NCBI RefSeq assembly: GCF_035594765.1 | Contig: NC_085847.1 | Location: 9,300,001-9,364,000, forward strand | Source of the DNA: Anolis carolinensis | Taxonomy: Eukaryota | DNA: 64,000 nucleotides | Direction: 5' to 3' | Part shown: positions 22,163-33,700 of the stretch, piece by piece | Numbering within the stretch: the first letter of the stretch is position 1 | Layout: the number at the start of each line of letters is the position of its first letter | Notes under the pieces: model-generated | Databases searched by the model: none | What the model was told of the DNA's origin: nothing | What the model saw: the letters and a program-made list of their open reading frames with translations, nothing else | Position numbers and translations under genes: made by a program

Positions 22163-23619
22163 GAGCATTGCTCTTGCCTGTTTCTTTCGATGTGCAATTT
22201 CCCGGCTCAGATCATAGCTGGGTGTTTCTAGGATGCCAGAAAAGAATGAGACCCGTATTCCAACAGACAGAAAGAGTGCTAAACATTTCGGAACAACTGC
22301 ATAAAGGCGGGTGCCACCAGTCTGCTCAAGCAACAGGGCATAGCGCAAGTCTTGAGCTTGTGTTATATAGTCATGATGATTCAACTGCAACTGCCTTAAA
22401 CCCACAACCGCAGCTATTTGAAGGCATGAAGACCGGATTCTCCAGCCCCACGAATGAGGTGTAAAGCTTCTCGAAGAGAACTTCCTTGGACCAACTTCTC
22501 CAAAATAATTTAAGTAATGATGTCTTCCTTCCAAAAAGAAAGCCCCGTTTATTTAAGTAGAAATCTAGTCTTTTTGTAAAGGGTTGAGACTTCCGGGCTC
22601 CTGGGGGCTGGTCCCGCAGAAGCCCCTCGTGAGTTAATGAATAGAGAAAACAGCCCAGTTTCAAGACTGCAGAAACACTGGGCTCTAGATTGCTTGGAGC
22701 TAAGCTTTTCAATTATGGTTAGCAACAACTCTTAAGTTCTTCCCGTGTCCCCTTCTCCAAAGTGATAGCTGTCTCTTAGGCTCGTTTCAAAGGTTGGCTT
22801 GCCCAGCCCAAACCCGTGCCAACGCCATCGCACAAGCCAAACCTATTCCAGTGGAAGGGCTTAAGATGCTTCCCGATACTCTGCTTCCAATATCTCCTTG
22901 ATAATTTTAGGAGGGAGAATCAGCTATGCACGTCCTTTCCAGGTACAATGAACGATCTGTTGTCGAACGTAACGCAAATTGGATCCGTTCTGAGGATTGA
23001 GAGGAGTTCAGTCTTCCATGCTGGCTTACACTGGCAAGCTTTTCTACTCCTGATGCCACCTTTCTTCCTGCTCGTATACATTTCCAATGTTCAGTCTTCC
23101 TCAGCTGGTACAAGCATTAGGTTCTGAGAATTGCAGTCCAAAGGTGACATTTCCAAGTTCTTCTGTGTTTTGCCACCAGATTTAAAGAGTCTTCTGTGCT
23201 GAATATCCATCAGGGAGCGTTTGCCATGTAATTTTATTTCCTTGAATGCTGACTCTCCACATTGTTAAAATGCGATTTCTGTCTATGCCTTTTTTTTAAC
23301 TTCTTGATCCCAAATCGAAAGATTGGTGTCCTATTTGATGATCCAGGAGAAGCCAGGGCTCTGTAAACGGTATAATTTATTGACTGACCTGTATGCTGCA
23401 TTGAACCTTTTACAGTTTGCCAGAGATATGCTGTTGTTTTAACACTTGTTTTGTAACTTTTCCTGAATAAAGTCTTCCTAAGAAAACATTTTGGTGTGTA
23501 CAACAGAGGGGAAAAAATATTTCATGCAGCTGCAGTGTATTAAATATTTTGGCTATTTAAGTTAAGGGATGCTCCCCTCTTGTATAAGCTCAGCTACTAC
23601 TACTATTAGTAGTAGTGAT

Positions 23620-23925
23620 TTTATTTATTTGTTTGTTTGTTTGTTTGTTTACTACATTTATATGCCACTCTTCTCACCCCGAAGGGGACTCAGAGCGGCT
23701 TACAAATCAAATGAACATACAATATATTATTAGCATAGCACAATATAAGCATTAAATTACTATATTGTACTATATCATTATATGGTAATATTATTAGTAA
23801 TATTATATATAATATATAATTAATATTATATTATATTATTTAGTATAATAATGTATTACATTATATTATCAATAGTACATACAATATATTTATTATTATT
23901 TATATTATTAATTAGTAGTATTAAT
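23620..23925 (-). mobile_element. L2-tail short repeat with an AT-rich head (representative copy)
   Basis: TGTAAGCCGCTCTGAGTCCCCTTCGGGGTGAGAAG...(TAAA)n. Other copies at ~850-1120, 15050-15530, 19710-19955, 38995-39235, 46260-46506, 57771-58065 and 58800-58975. Confidence 0.6.
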
Positions 23926-25064
23926 ATCCCTAGTTAAGAGCTCTCTTTGGGCTCTGTATTACAGTAAAGCAGGACTCTTAATGGCTGCTGATAGATAGCA
24001 AAGTGGTGGAGTCTGGGGAAGTTTGTGCACAAGACAAGGAGACAGGTCAATGGGTTAATTTATTTATATATTTTATTTACAACATTTCTACCCCGCCCTT
24101 CTCACCCGAGTGGATTCAGGGCGGCTTACAACAACCGGCAAAATTCAATGCCAAACAGATCAGTAAAAACAGCAACACATTTAAAACCATTAATAATAAT
24201 CCATAAAATACATTAGTCAAGCTTAAAACATATAGTTGCTTAATACCATTCTTCCAAGGAACCATTGCACATAAACCTAAGTTCAGACCATGTCAATATA
24301 GTACAAGGTTAAAGGTTAAACCCTTGTGCCGGCAGGACTGCTGACCGAAAAGTCAGTGGTTTGAATCCAGGGAGCGGGGTGAGCTCCCATCTGTCAGCTC
24401 CAGCTCCTTATGCGGGGACATAGGATGGGAAAAACATCTGGCCGTCCCCTGGGCAATATCCTTGCAGACGGCCAATTCTCTCACACCAGAAGCGACTTGC
24501 AGTTTCTCAAGTCGCTCCTGACACGAAAAAAGGAAAATCACACACTAAAGGGACATTTGAACCACACTTTTCATGTAATAGACTCAAAAGATGGTTTACA
24601 GTATTTCAAGAGACAACAAAAAAAGTTCAAAGTTGCAACTAAAAACAGTTCAAATGACTACACTTTATCTCGTATTAACCCAAGAGTAGGATGTGTGGGT
24701 GATGTACAAATGACGACTGACTTGGAAAATTGGATGTGCTGCTTCCAACTTTTAAAAAAAGTAATTTTGGCCCTTTTTGAGCTAACTTGTCCATCTCTAG
24801 TAATAAGGGATAGAGGCTGGGTTTAGAAAAAGGCTCGAAGCCAGTACTGTAGCCATACCCAACCTATTCTCCTCGATGTTTTTGCCTGTGACTGCCATCA
24901 GTCTTGGTTAATATGGCCAGTGGTAATGTATCATCAAAGCGGAAATTAAAAGATCTGGAGGGTACCAGGTTCATGGTATATGAAAATGTGCATGTTAACA
25001 AAGCTATATATAAAGCTACATCCATTTCCAGCAAGTATCAAAAGTTAGTTTACCGATCCAAGCA

Positions 25065-26972
25065 TTAATCTCCTTGGTTAGTTCCACAAAGGGTTACGGA
25101 TGATGTGGTGTGATGGAAGAATGGCAAGTCGCTTCCACTTTTTGCGAGGTGCCTCTTGCCAGGGAGGTGTTGGTATGTATCGGCTGGCACAGCGTTTGGG
25201 AAAGAAGAGCCAGGTTCCTATTGGTTAAAATTAAACAGGAACAATTCAGCTTTTTTTCCAGGGTGATATGTGATACTTTTTCTGGCCTCCCAAATCTCTA
25301 GCTACAAAATGTGAACATACTGGCTAGGAGTTGTTGGAGCTTGATTTGATAATTCCCAAATTCTACTTATGCTAAAGTCTTTATATACCATATATGGAAA
25401 TCTATTGAACACAACATGATCTATTTCTGCGTTGATAGGCTTCTATGAATCATTGAATCTATGATTCTATGCTTGCACTATCAAACTAACCATGTCGATT
25501 CTATGGATTTTGGGGCCACTTCCTTTTGTTACATGATGGTCCTTTCTTTGCCTTTAACGTCACATTTTAGGTCCCCCAGATTTTAAGCTTACTTTGCAAA
25601 ACTTTGGTGGAAATTCATTTCGGACTCTTGCGTGGAAGGTGGCATCTTGTCCGGTGGACAATTTGGTCTCGAGGCTTTTCCAGCTGCTCTTGCTCAATGC
25701 CAGAGATGAAAACTGGACATCCGAGAACTCTGCTTGAAAGTTTCCTTTTCCGATAGAGGAGGACCCACAACTAGTGGTGACTTTGGGGGCTAATTTCTTT
25801 ATCATCAGAAGGTGAAAATGCCTTTTTTCCTCATCCAGTTGCCTGCATCTGCTCCGCTTTTGGTGTTCAAGTCTCCCTAGAGTCTTGGGATGCAAGTGAG
25901 AGGCAGAAAAATATTGACAGAAGGCATACCGTATATACTCGAGTATAAACCGACCCGAATATAAGCCAAGGCACCTAATTTTACCACAAAAAAACTGGGA
26001 AAACATTGACTCCAGTATAAGCCGAGAGTGGTAAATTTCAGAAATAAAAATGGATACCAATAAAATTACACAAGTTGAGGCATCAGAAGGTGAAATGTTT
26101 TTGAATATTTACATAAAACTGTAATTTAAGATAAGGCTTTCCAACTTTGATTAAGTTATCATTATTATCTTCAATGTAAATGTGCTTATGTATCCTTTTT
26201 AATAATAATAGAGTAAAATAATAAATGTAATAAGACTAACAAATACAGTCAAATAATAAATGCAATAATAGAGTAAAATAATAAATGTAATAACAATAAT
26301 AATATTAGAGTGAAATAATAAATGTATTAATAGTACTTATTTATTTATTTATTAGCGACATTTATATCCCGCCCTTCTCACCCCGAAGAGGACTCAAGGC
26401 GGTTTACAAGTATATATACATACAATATATTATATTATACGACTATATTGCAATATTATTAGTAATATTGCATGTAATATAAATATACAATTATAATAGT
26501 GAATTATAATTATGATTACATTGTATTACATCATAATAATATTATTAATATTACATGTATACAGTATGCAATATAATCTAATATTAGTATAGTATAATAT
26601 TATATATTATATCATTAAATTGATACAATAATAGTAATAAAAATAGAGTAAAATAATAAATATAATAATACCAATAATAATAAATATACCATATATACTC
26701 GAGTATAAGTCAACACGAATATAAGCCAACCAGGACCCTCACCCGAGTATAAGCTATGGGGGGCCTTTTTCAGTCCTAAAACAGGGCTGAAAAACTAGGC
26801 TTATACTCGAGTATATACAGGACTTTCCCCAAAGTTTGTTGGAACACAAACAGCTTGGATTGTGCACTCTTGGGAAGACGAAAGGATAACGAAATGGGTC
26901 TGCTTACCGCAGCGAGGTCCCTCTGCTCCTTGAGAAACTTATTCCTCACCCGCTGCGGTGCTGTCAGCAGAT
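25065..26972 (-). CDS. Candidate uncharacterised spliced gene with a predicted N-terminal coiled coil; 5' end unresolved
   Basis: Three minus-strand exons 26908-26972, 25593-25883 and 25065-25217 (TAA). Splice sites are CCTTTCAG/..GCG|GTAAGC, CCCAAG/..AAA|GTAAGC and CCAATAG/, with matching phase-0 junctions. Peptide LLTAPQRVRNKFLKEQRDLAA/TLGRLEHQKRSRCRQLDEEKRHFHLLMIKKL...PPKFCK/EPGSSFP...TNQGD*. An in-frame ATG lies at 27051. Confidence 0.55.
25929..26820. mobile_element. Tc2/pogo-like MITE with a nested L2-tail repeat (~26335-26630)
   Basis: Same TIRs; the interior is interrupted by a CCCGCCCTTCTCACCCCGAAG element. Confidence 0.75.
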
Positions 26973-27492
26973 CTGAAAGGCAGAAGGAATAGAAAGAGTC
27001 ATTCTTATATAAGAATGACAGGCAGATCCTTGGATCATTCCCCACTGCCATTTCTATGTATTTTTTTTTCTACGCAGTTGGATGTCACTCTCCTTGCAAT
27101 ATCTCCAGGAACGTGGTGGGAAAAGCAGCTGACTTGATGCAATCTTTTGGCACAGGAGCAAAAGAAACGTTGATGTCGATGCCGGGGTCGAGGGGAGGAG
27201 GATATCCTGTTCTACTGGTTGAATCCAGTTGAATGCATCCCGGCCTGCTATGGCATCGCTAAACATTGACCAAGACTTTGAGCGAGGTGAGAGCAGTGAA
27301 CCTTCATCTTCCAGAACAAATCCTTGATCATTTCATCTTCTTTCCCCCCCCCCCCCGCCCCCTCCTTAAGTATGTTGGCCGTAGAAGACATCTCTGAACC
27401 GTTTAAAACTGACTGTGTCAATTGGGAGTGATCATTATAATACAGTAGAGTCTCACTCATCCAACATAAATGGGACAGCAGAACGTTGGATG

Positions 27493-27544
<52 letters not shown>

Positions 27545-27545
<1 letters not shown>

Positions 27546-28260
27546 CCTTGCAGCCCAGGAGCAAGCCATCAGAACAAATACAATTAAGGCCAAGATCGAA
27601 AAATCAGCTGTTGACCCAAAATGCAGACTGTGCAAGGAAACCGACAAACCATTGATCATCTCCTCAGCTGCTGTAATAAAATTGCACAGACAGACTACAA
27701 ACAGAGGCACAACTCTGTGGCCCAAATGATTCATTGGAACGTATGCCTCAAGTACAACCTCCCAGCAGAAAAGAACTGGTGGGATCACAAACCTGCAAAA
27801 GTATTGGAAAATGAGCATGCAAAGAGACTGTGGGACTTCCGAATCCAGACTGACAAAGTTCTGGAACAGAACACACCAGACATCACAGTTGTGGAAAAGA
27901 AAAAGGTTTGGATCATTGAAGTTGCCATCCCAGGTGACCGTCGCATTGATGAAAAACAACAGGAAAAACTCAGCCGCTATCAGGACCTCAAGATTGAACT
28001 TCAAAGACTCTGGCAGAAACCAGTGCAGGTGGTCCCGGTGGTGATGGGCACACTGGGTGCCGTGCCAAAAGATCTCAGCTGGTATTTGGAAACAATAGAC
28101 ATTGACAAAATTACGATCTGCCAGCTGCAAAAGGCCACCCTGCTGGGATCTGTGCGCATCATCTGAAAATACATCACACAGTCCTAGACACTTGGGAAGT
28201 GTTCGACTTGTGGTTTTGTGATACGAAATCCAGCGTATCTATCTTGTTTGCTGTGTCATA

Positions 28261-28262
<2 letters not shown>
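27545..28262 (+). mobile_element. R4/Dong-type (restriction-like endonuclease) non-LTR retrotransposon, 5'-truncated and frameshifted
   Basis: ILAAQEQAIRT...KCRLCKETD, then a frameshift, then TIDHLLSCC...YKQRHNSVA...LWDFRIQTD...PDITVV...IIEVAIP...EKLSRYQDL (CCHC knuckle, RHN and PD-(D/E)xK motifs). Embedded in (AAT)n on both sides. 3'-end fragments at ~1209-1370 and ~35312-35370 also abut (ATT)n. Confidence 0.8.
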
Positions 28263-28322
<60 letters not shown>

Positions 28323-29044
28323 TATTCTTATATCCCTGTCTGGAAGGGCCCTCAAGCCCTGGTCTAACATTTCAAACTACTACACTCATCTTTTACCACC
28401 TGAAAGGACTTTAAAATTCCATTCTATGTCTACTGTGTTTTACTTTTTGTCTCAGGTATTTTAATATGTGTGCGTTTTAATATTTTCACCGCCAGGTGAA
28501 AATGGGTGGCCCATTTGTCAAAGAAAAACCATGTGTTTGGATCTCGAATTTGCCACCCAGCACAAACACTGCCTCCAGACAGACTACTATAATTTGGGAT
28601 CATGATAATTTGGGATTAAACATGGGATATTTCAGTTATATCTCTGTTCAAGAGGTGTTGTTTAAATTTTGACTGGCAGCCACAGTGGAATTGTAAGTGC
28701 CACCGAGATAAAATCGGTCTGTACAGTGAGTATAACGGTAAATCGCATAAATAATTTGTTATTCTCTTGATAATTTGATGTATCGTCTCATTGCTACCAA
28801 GGCAACACTGCAGAGGTATTTGCATGGCATCTAGTTATATATTTGTATTGGCCCATTAGGGATGTAGGTTAGTACGTTTTGCACAAAGGAAGCAAATGGT
28901 CAGGCTTGGGCAGGTCACAAGCACCTTTCGGAAAAACAGGAATGTGATGTGACATTGCTATGGTTTCTTCTCAGGTCCACTTTGCGTTGAATTATGGCGG
29001 GGCCTTGTGCTCCTGAGCTTAGAAACTGTTAAAAGCTTGTTAAA

Positions 29045-29607
29045 AGGCTTTAATGGCCAGAATCACTGGGTTGCTGTGAGTTTTCTGGGCTGTAATGTTC
29101 CGGAAACATTCTCTCCTGACATTTGGCCCACATTTATTTATGATTATTTATTTAATACATTTATATCCCACCCTTCTCACCCCAAAGGGGACTCAGAGCG
29201 GCTTACAAATTAAATTTACATACAATATTATATTATTAGCATAGCACAATACTGGCAATAAATTAGCATATTGTACTATATCTATACATTGTAATATTAT
29301 TAATAATATTACATGTAATATATAATATATAATTAATATTATTATATTGTATTATTAGTATTATATTGTGTTATAAAATATTATTAATATTATATGCATA
29401 TGCAATATATTATAATATTATATATTATTGTAAATTATATTGTATATATGTATATATGAATGTGTGTGTGTATATATGTAGAATCATAGAATCACAGAAT
29501 AGTAGAATTGGAAGAGACCTCATGGGCCATCCAGTCCAACCCCCTGCCAAGAAGCAGGAAATCGCATTCAAAGCACCCCTGACAGATGGCCATCCAGCCT
29601 CTGCTCT

Positions 29608-29638
<31 letters not shown>

Positions 29639-30355
29639 TTTATGGCAGGCATCCTCAGAGGTTGTGAGGTGTATTGGAAACTAGGCAAATCGTCTCAATA
29701 TAAGTCTTTTTCTTTTATTTCCTTTTTTAGGACAGAAAGGCCACGATGGAGAATAGATAAGAAAAGAGATAAAAGAGCACAGCAGATATTAAGAGATTAA
29801 TATACGAATCAACACACAATAGATGGAAGTCAATTTTATGTATTTTTGTTGTATGTATGTAATCACGACTTAGACCTTTGGTCGTTTTGTTTTGTTTTCT
29901 TTTCTAATTTCCCCCCCTCTTTTTAAACTTTTTTTTAATGTTATTTTTTCTGTCTTTGTTTTCTTTGGTTCTGTCACATATACGTCTATGTTACAAACCA
30001 GATGTTATGGTTTTCGATGTCTCACCCATTTCCCCGACAGCTCCCTTTCCCTCAGTGATAATGATTGTTGCAACTTATTTTCCTGTATAAATATTTTCAA
30101 TAAAATTTTATTTTATAAAAAAGGGAAACTAGGCAAGTGGGGTTTATATATCTGTGGAATGATGTCCAGACTCTTGTCTGTTTGAGGCAAGTGTGAATGT
30201 TGCCCTTGGCCACCTTGATAGCATTGAATGGCCTTGCAGCTTCAAAGCCTGCCTGCTTCCTACCTGGGGGAATCCTTTGTTGAGAGGTGTTAGCTGGTCC
30301 TGATTGTTTCCTGTCTGGAATTCTCCTGTTGTCTGAATGTTGTTCTTTATTTTAC
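29045..30355 (-). mobile_element. Penelope-like element carrying nested L2-tail, CR1, (CA)n and L1 insertions
   Basis: PLE sequence is split at ~29135 and at 29689. The L1-like 3' fragment 29689-30123 is flanked by TSD GGAAACTAGGCAA (29676-29688 / 30124-30136). A CR1 3' end lies at ~29480-29605. Confidence 0.65.
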
Positions 30356-30682
30356 CCATAAATTACTCCCAACGAGTGCTATTGTAAGAGAGTAGAACTG
30401 GATCTATATCGCCACAGGCAGTGACAGGCTCAGTTCTATGGAGCAAGGCATGACGGGAGTTCTGGGACAACAAGACTTGAGGTGGACTGTACCACTCGCA
30501 TCACGGGGGGGAGATTAACAGTGAGGGCGGCCTTGGCGCCTTTCTCTACGCAGCCTACCGCAAGAAGCTTTTTCTCACTTCAGCCAGGGTTATATTGGCA
30601 TAGTGAAGGGGTTCGGAGTCTTTCTTGGGAAGTCACATTGGTCTCTTATCCCCCCCTAAAAAGGTCTTAGTTTCAGCATCCC

Positions 30683-30696
30683 GTTTCCATAGCGAC
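30683..30696 (+). promoter_or_regulatory. RFX X-box in the TCTN2 promoter
   Basis: GTTTCCATAGCGAC lies ~85 bp upstream of the TCTN2 ATG, followed by a YY1-like CAAGATGGCGGC. X-boxes are typical of ciliary gene promoters. Confidence 0.7.
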
Positions 30697-30781
30697 CAAG
30701 GGAGCGCGCGGCAAGATGGCGGCGACTGTGGCGCCTCTTTAGCTGCTGAATGGCCTGTTTTCGCGGCGTTTCTCCCTGGCT

Positions 30782-33700
30782 ATGCCTGTCAGGCGGCTCT
30801 TATGGGGGCTCGTGCTTCTTTCCACGGCTCGGGCCCACGATGGGATTCCCGGTGGGTAGTAAACGACGGCGTCTGAGGCGAGAAGCCGCGCAGGGAGTTG
30901 TAGTTCGACAAGGCCCTTCGCCTTCCCAATCCACAACACTCAGGATGCCCTTGCAGTCAACCGTGAGAGCTAAACTGTTGTCAAATTGCATTACAGTAGA
31001 GTCTCACGTATCCAACACTCGCTTATCCAAGGTTCTGGATTATCCAACGCATTTTTGTAGTCAATGTTTTCAATATATTGTGATATTTTGGTGCTAAATT
31101 CGTAAATACAGGAATTACTACATAGCATTACTGTGTATTGAACTACTTTTTCTGTCAAGTTTGTTATTAAACATGATGTTTTGGTGCTTAATTTGTAAAA
31201 TCATAACCGAATTTGATGTGTAATAGGCTTTTCCTTAATCCCTTCTTATTATCCAACATATGCGCTTATCCAACGTTCTACCGGCCCATTACTAGATGGA
31301 GATTGGTGCCAAATGTTGTAAACATATTTTTCCCCCCACCCGGTTCACAAACAACTTTGTTCTTCATGGATTTTAACATAACACATCTTGTATTGATTTC
31401 TATTTTCTGTTTTTAGGCTTTCGGCCTCCTTTTATTTACATGTCTGGAACGGTTGTCACCTCTTCTTTGGTCAGTGTTCGCGCAGATGTTTTCTCTATTG
31501 CGGTAACAGACAGCGAAACAGGTAGGGTTTTTCTTTTCTAGATCGCACATGAAATGATCAGACCACTTTTTTGTCACTAAGACCATTGAATAGTTCTACC
31601 AGTAAAATGGTATTCTACCATCCCTAGCAGTGACTAAGGCCCCTTCCACACAGCCATATAACCCAGAATATCAAGGCGGAAAATCCCGCAATATCTGCTT
31701 TGGACTGGGTTATCTGAGTCCACACTGCCATATATCCCAGTTCAAAGCAGATAATGCGGGATTTTATTCAGCTGTGTGGAAGTGGCCTAAGAGGAAACTT
31801 CTGGTTGTTTACCTAAGCAGCAAAACATTTTGGGCTCATCCTAATTTGATTTTTGCTCTTTTCTAGGAATGTTGCCCCCTTCAGACTGTAGTGGAATGAA
31901 CAAAACTGGTGACTGGACTCTAAATGTCACGTATCAAGAGGTTCGCAAAAATTGATTCTGCCAGTGAAATATCTTAACAGAGATGCTCCTTCTTTGAGCG
32001 TAATGCCATACATTTCCCAAGTTTGGGATTTATCTTCACCTGATATCTCTAAGAGGATTTTGTAGTTTCTGTCCTTCATGTAGGTGAAATATAATATACT
32101 GAAAACTAATGTATATTGATGTATTTAAACTATGTTTAATTATGTTAAAATACATCTCAAGCTGTAAGGAGATGTAGGTAAGTAATACAACATTATTGTT
32201 ATTGTTATTATTATTATTATTATTTTATATAGATTTTTTTCAGAATACAAAACAATATTTTCTATAGTGGCTGGAGGACAAACAGAACTCTGTATATAGA
32301 TGACACAGAATTTTGTGTGGTTAGTCTACGAGGGAGAAAAGCCCCAATAAAATATTGCTCTTCTATATCCTTCATATTATTTTTTAAAAATTAAACATGT
32401 AAGCAAATTGAAAAAAATGTACATGCACGTACACTACACAACATTAAATTGTAACATGTATGGATCTTTTTGCTACAAAGAAAAGGTTGAGACATCAGCC
32501 AAAAGTTATGCAAATATGGAGACATAACATAGCTCATGTAAACATAGCTATGGATAGTCAAGCCAGAAACCAAAATGAACAGTTGATATCATAATATAAT
32601 GGAAAATCTTCTTTTGGGGAAAAAGTCATAATTTTAATGATCAGGACAAACCTGTTTTCATTGCTCCCCCCCCCCCCAACAAGTTGTATTGATTTCTAAT
32701 TAATGCTTTGTAAAACGGTGTGTTTCAGAATGTTTCCAGAGTGACAGTGCGCTTAACCAGAAACCTACAACTATGCACTTCAAATGCCACAAATTGCTGC
32801 ATGGAGGCCCTTTGTGTGGTGGAGGCTTTGCAGGTCTCAGCTTGTTGGGACTCAGTGGTGGTGGCCCGCCTCTTGATCCAAGCTGAAATATATGCTAATA
32901 CATCCTCACAAAATGTGTCAGGAAAAGTGGAAGGTATTCCAGCTTTTCTTGCTTGATGTTGATGTTTTTCAGCTCATTTATATGAGTAACACAATGATAG
33001 TGATCCAGTGCTTTTCCACAGTCTTTAGATATGACAACTTCACCACTTCACTGTTTGCTTGTGTTGCCTGGCATTTGTCTACATGAGTTAAGCATCATAT
33101 AAACAAAGGCAGCAGATTTTTGAACGTATGATATATGTATCTGTGTGTTCAGGTGTTGTTGTGGGTCGTCCTATATAAAAGGACACATTATACTCCTCTC
33201 TGATGCTGTCCTTGGTGAGCCCAAGCCATGCAACGTTCAGGCTGGAGGGCAAGGTTTGCTTTCTATCTCTCCCAATGGGCATCAAATGTGATTTTTGCTG
33301 TTAGATACATATGTCGGAGGGAGGAGTTGCCTAAATTTCTAGCCCTTAAGTTCTTTCTTTTTTTCAATAGAGAAAGAAAGAGTGATCCCCAATCAAGTGT
33401 TTCAGCCTCTGGGTTCTTGTCCCTGCAATCTCACTGCAGGAGCCTGTGATGTCCTTTGCTGCTGTGATCAGGTACCAATTCTGTGTTTGGCTTCTGAAAC
33501 CTATGCCTACAAAATGATCTGTATATTTTTCCTCACGCTTAGAAGAATGTCATGATTACCACCCAGTAGTTTGTTTTCCTGGGCCTTCTGTTAACAATAA
33601 TTTCTAAGAAGGAAAATATACAACAGAGACTGGAACTTTCTGTCTCAGAGCTGCAATCACTCCCGAAGGGATTTTCTCTGTTACTATTTATTTATTTATT

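Noticed and set aside
27453-28130. 225-aa minus-strand ORF
   Set aside because: Antisense shadow of the R4-type LINE plus an (ATT)n poly-Ile run.
30750-31097. ORF containing MGFP, resembling a TCTN2 start
   Set aside because: Wrong phase for the exon 2 acceptor and no signal peptide; the frame from 30782 fits both.
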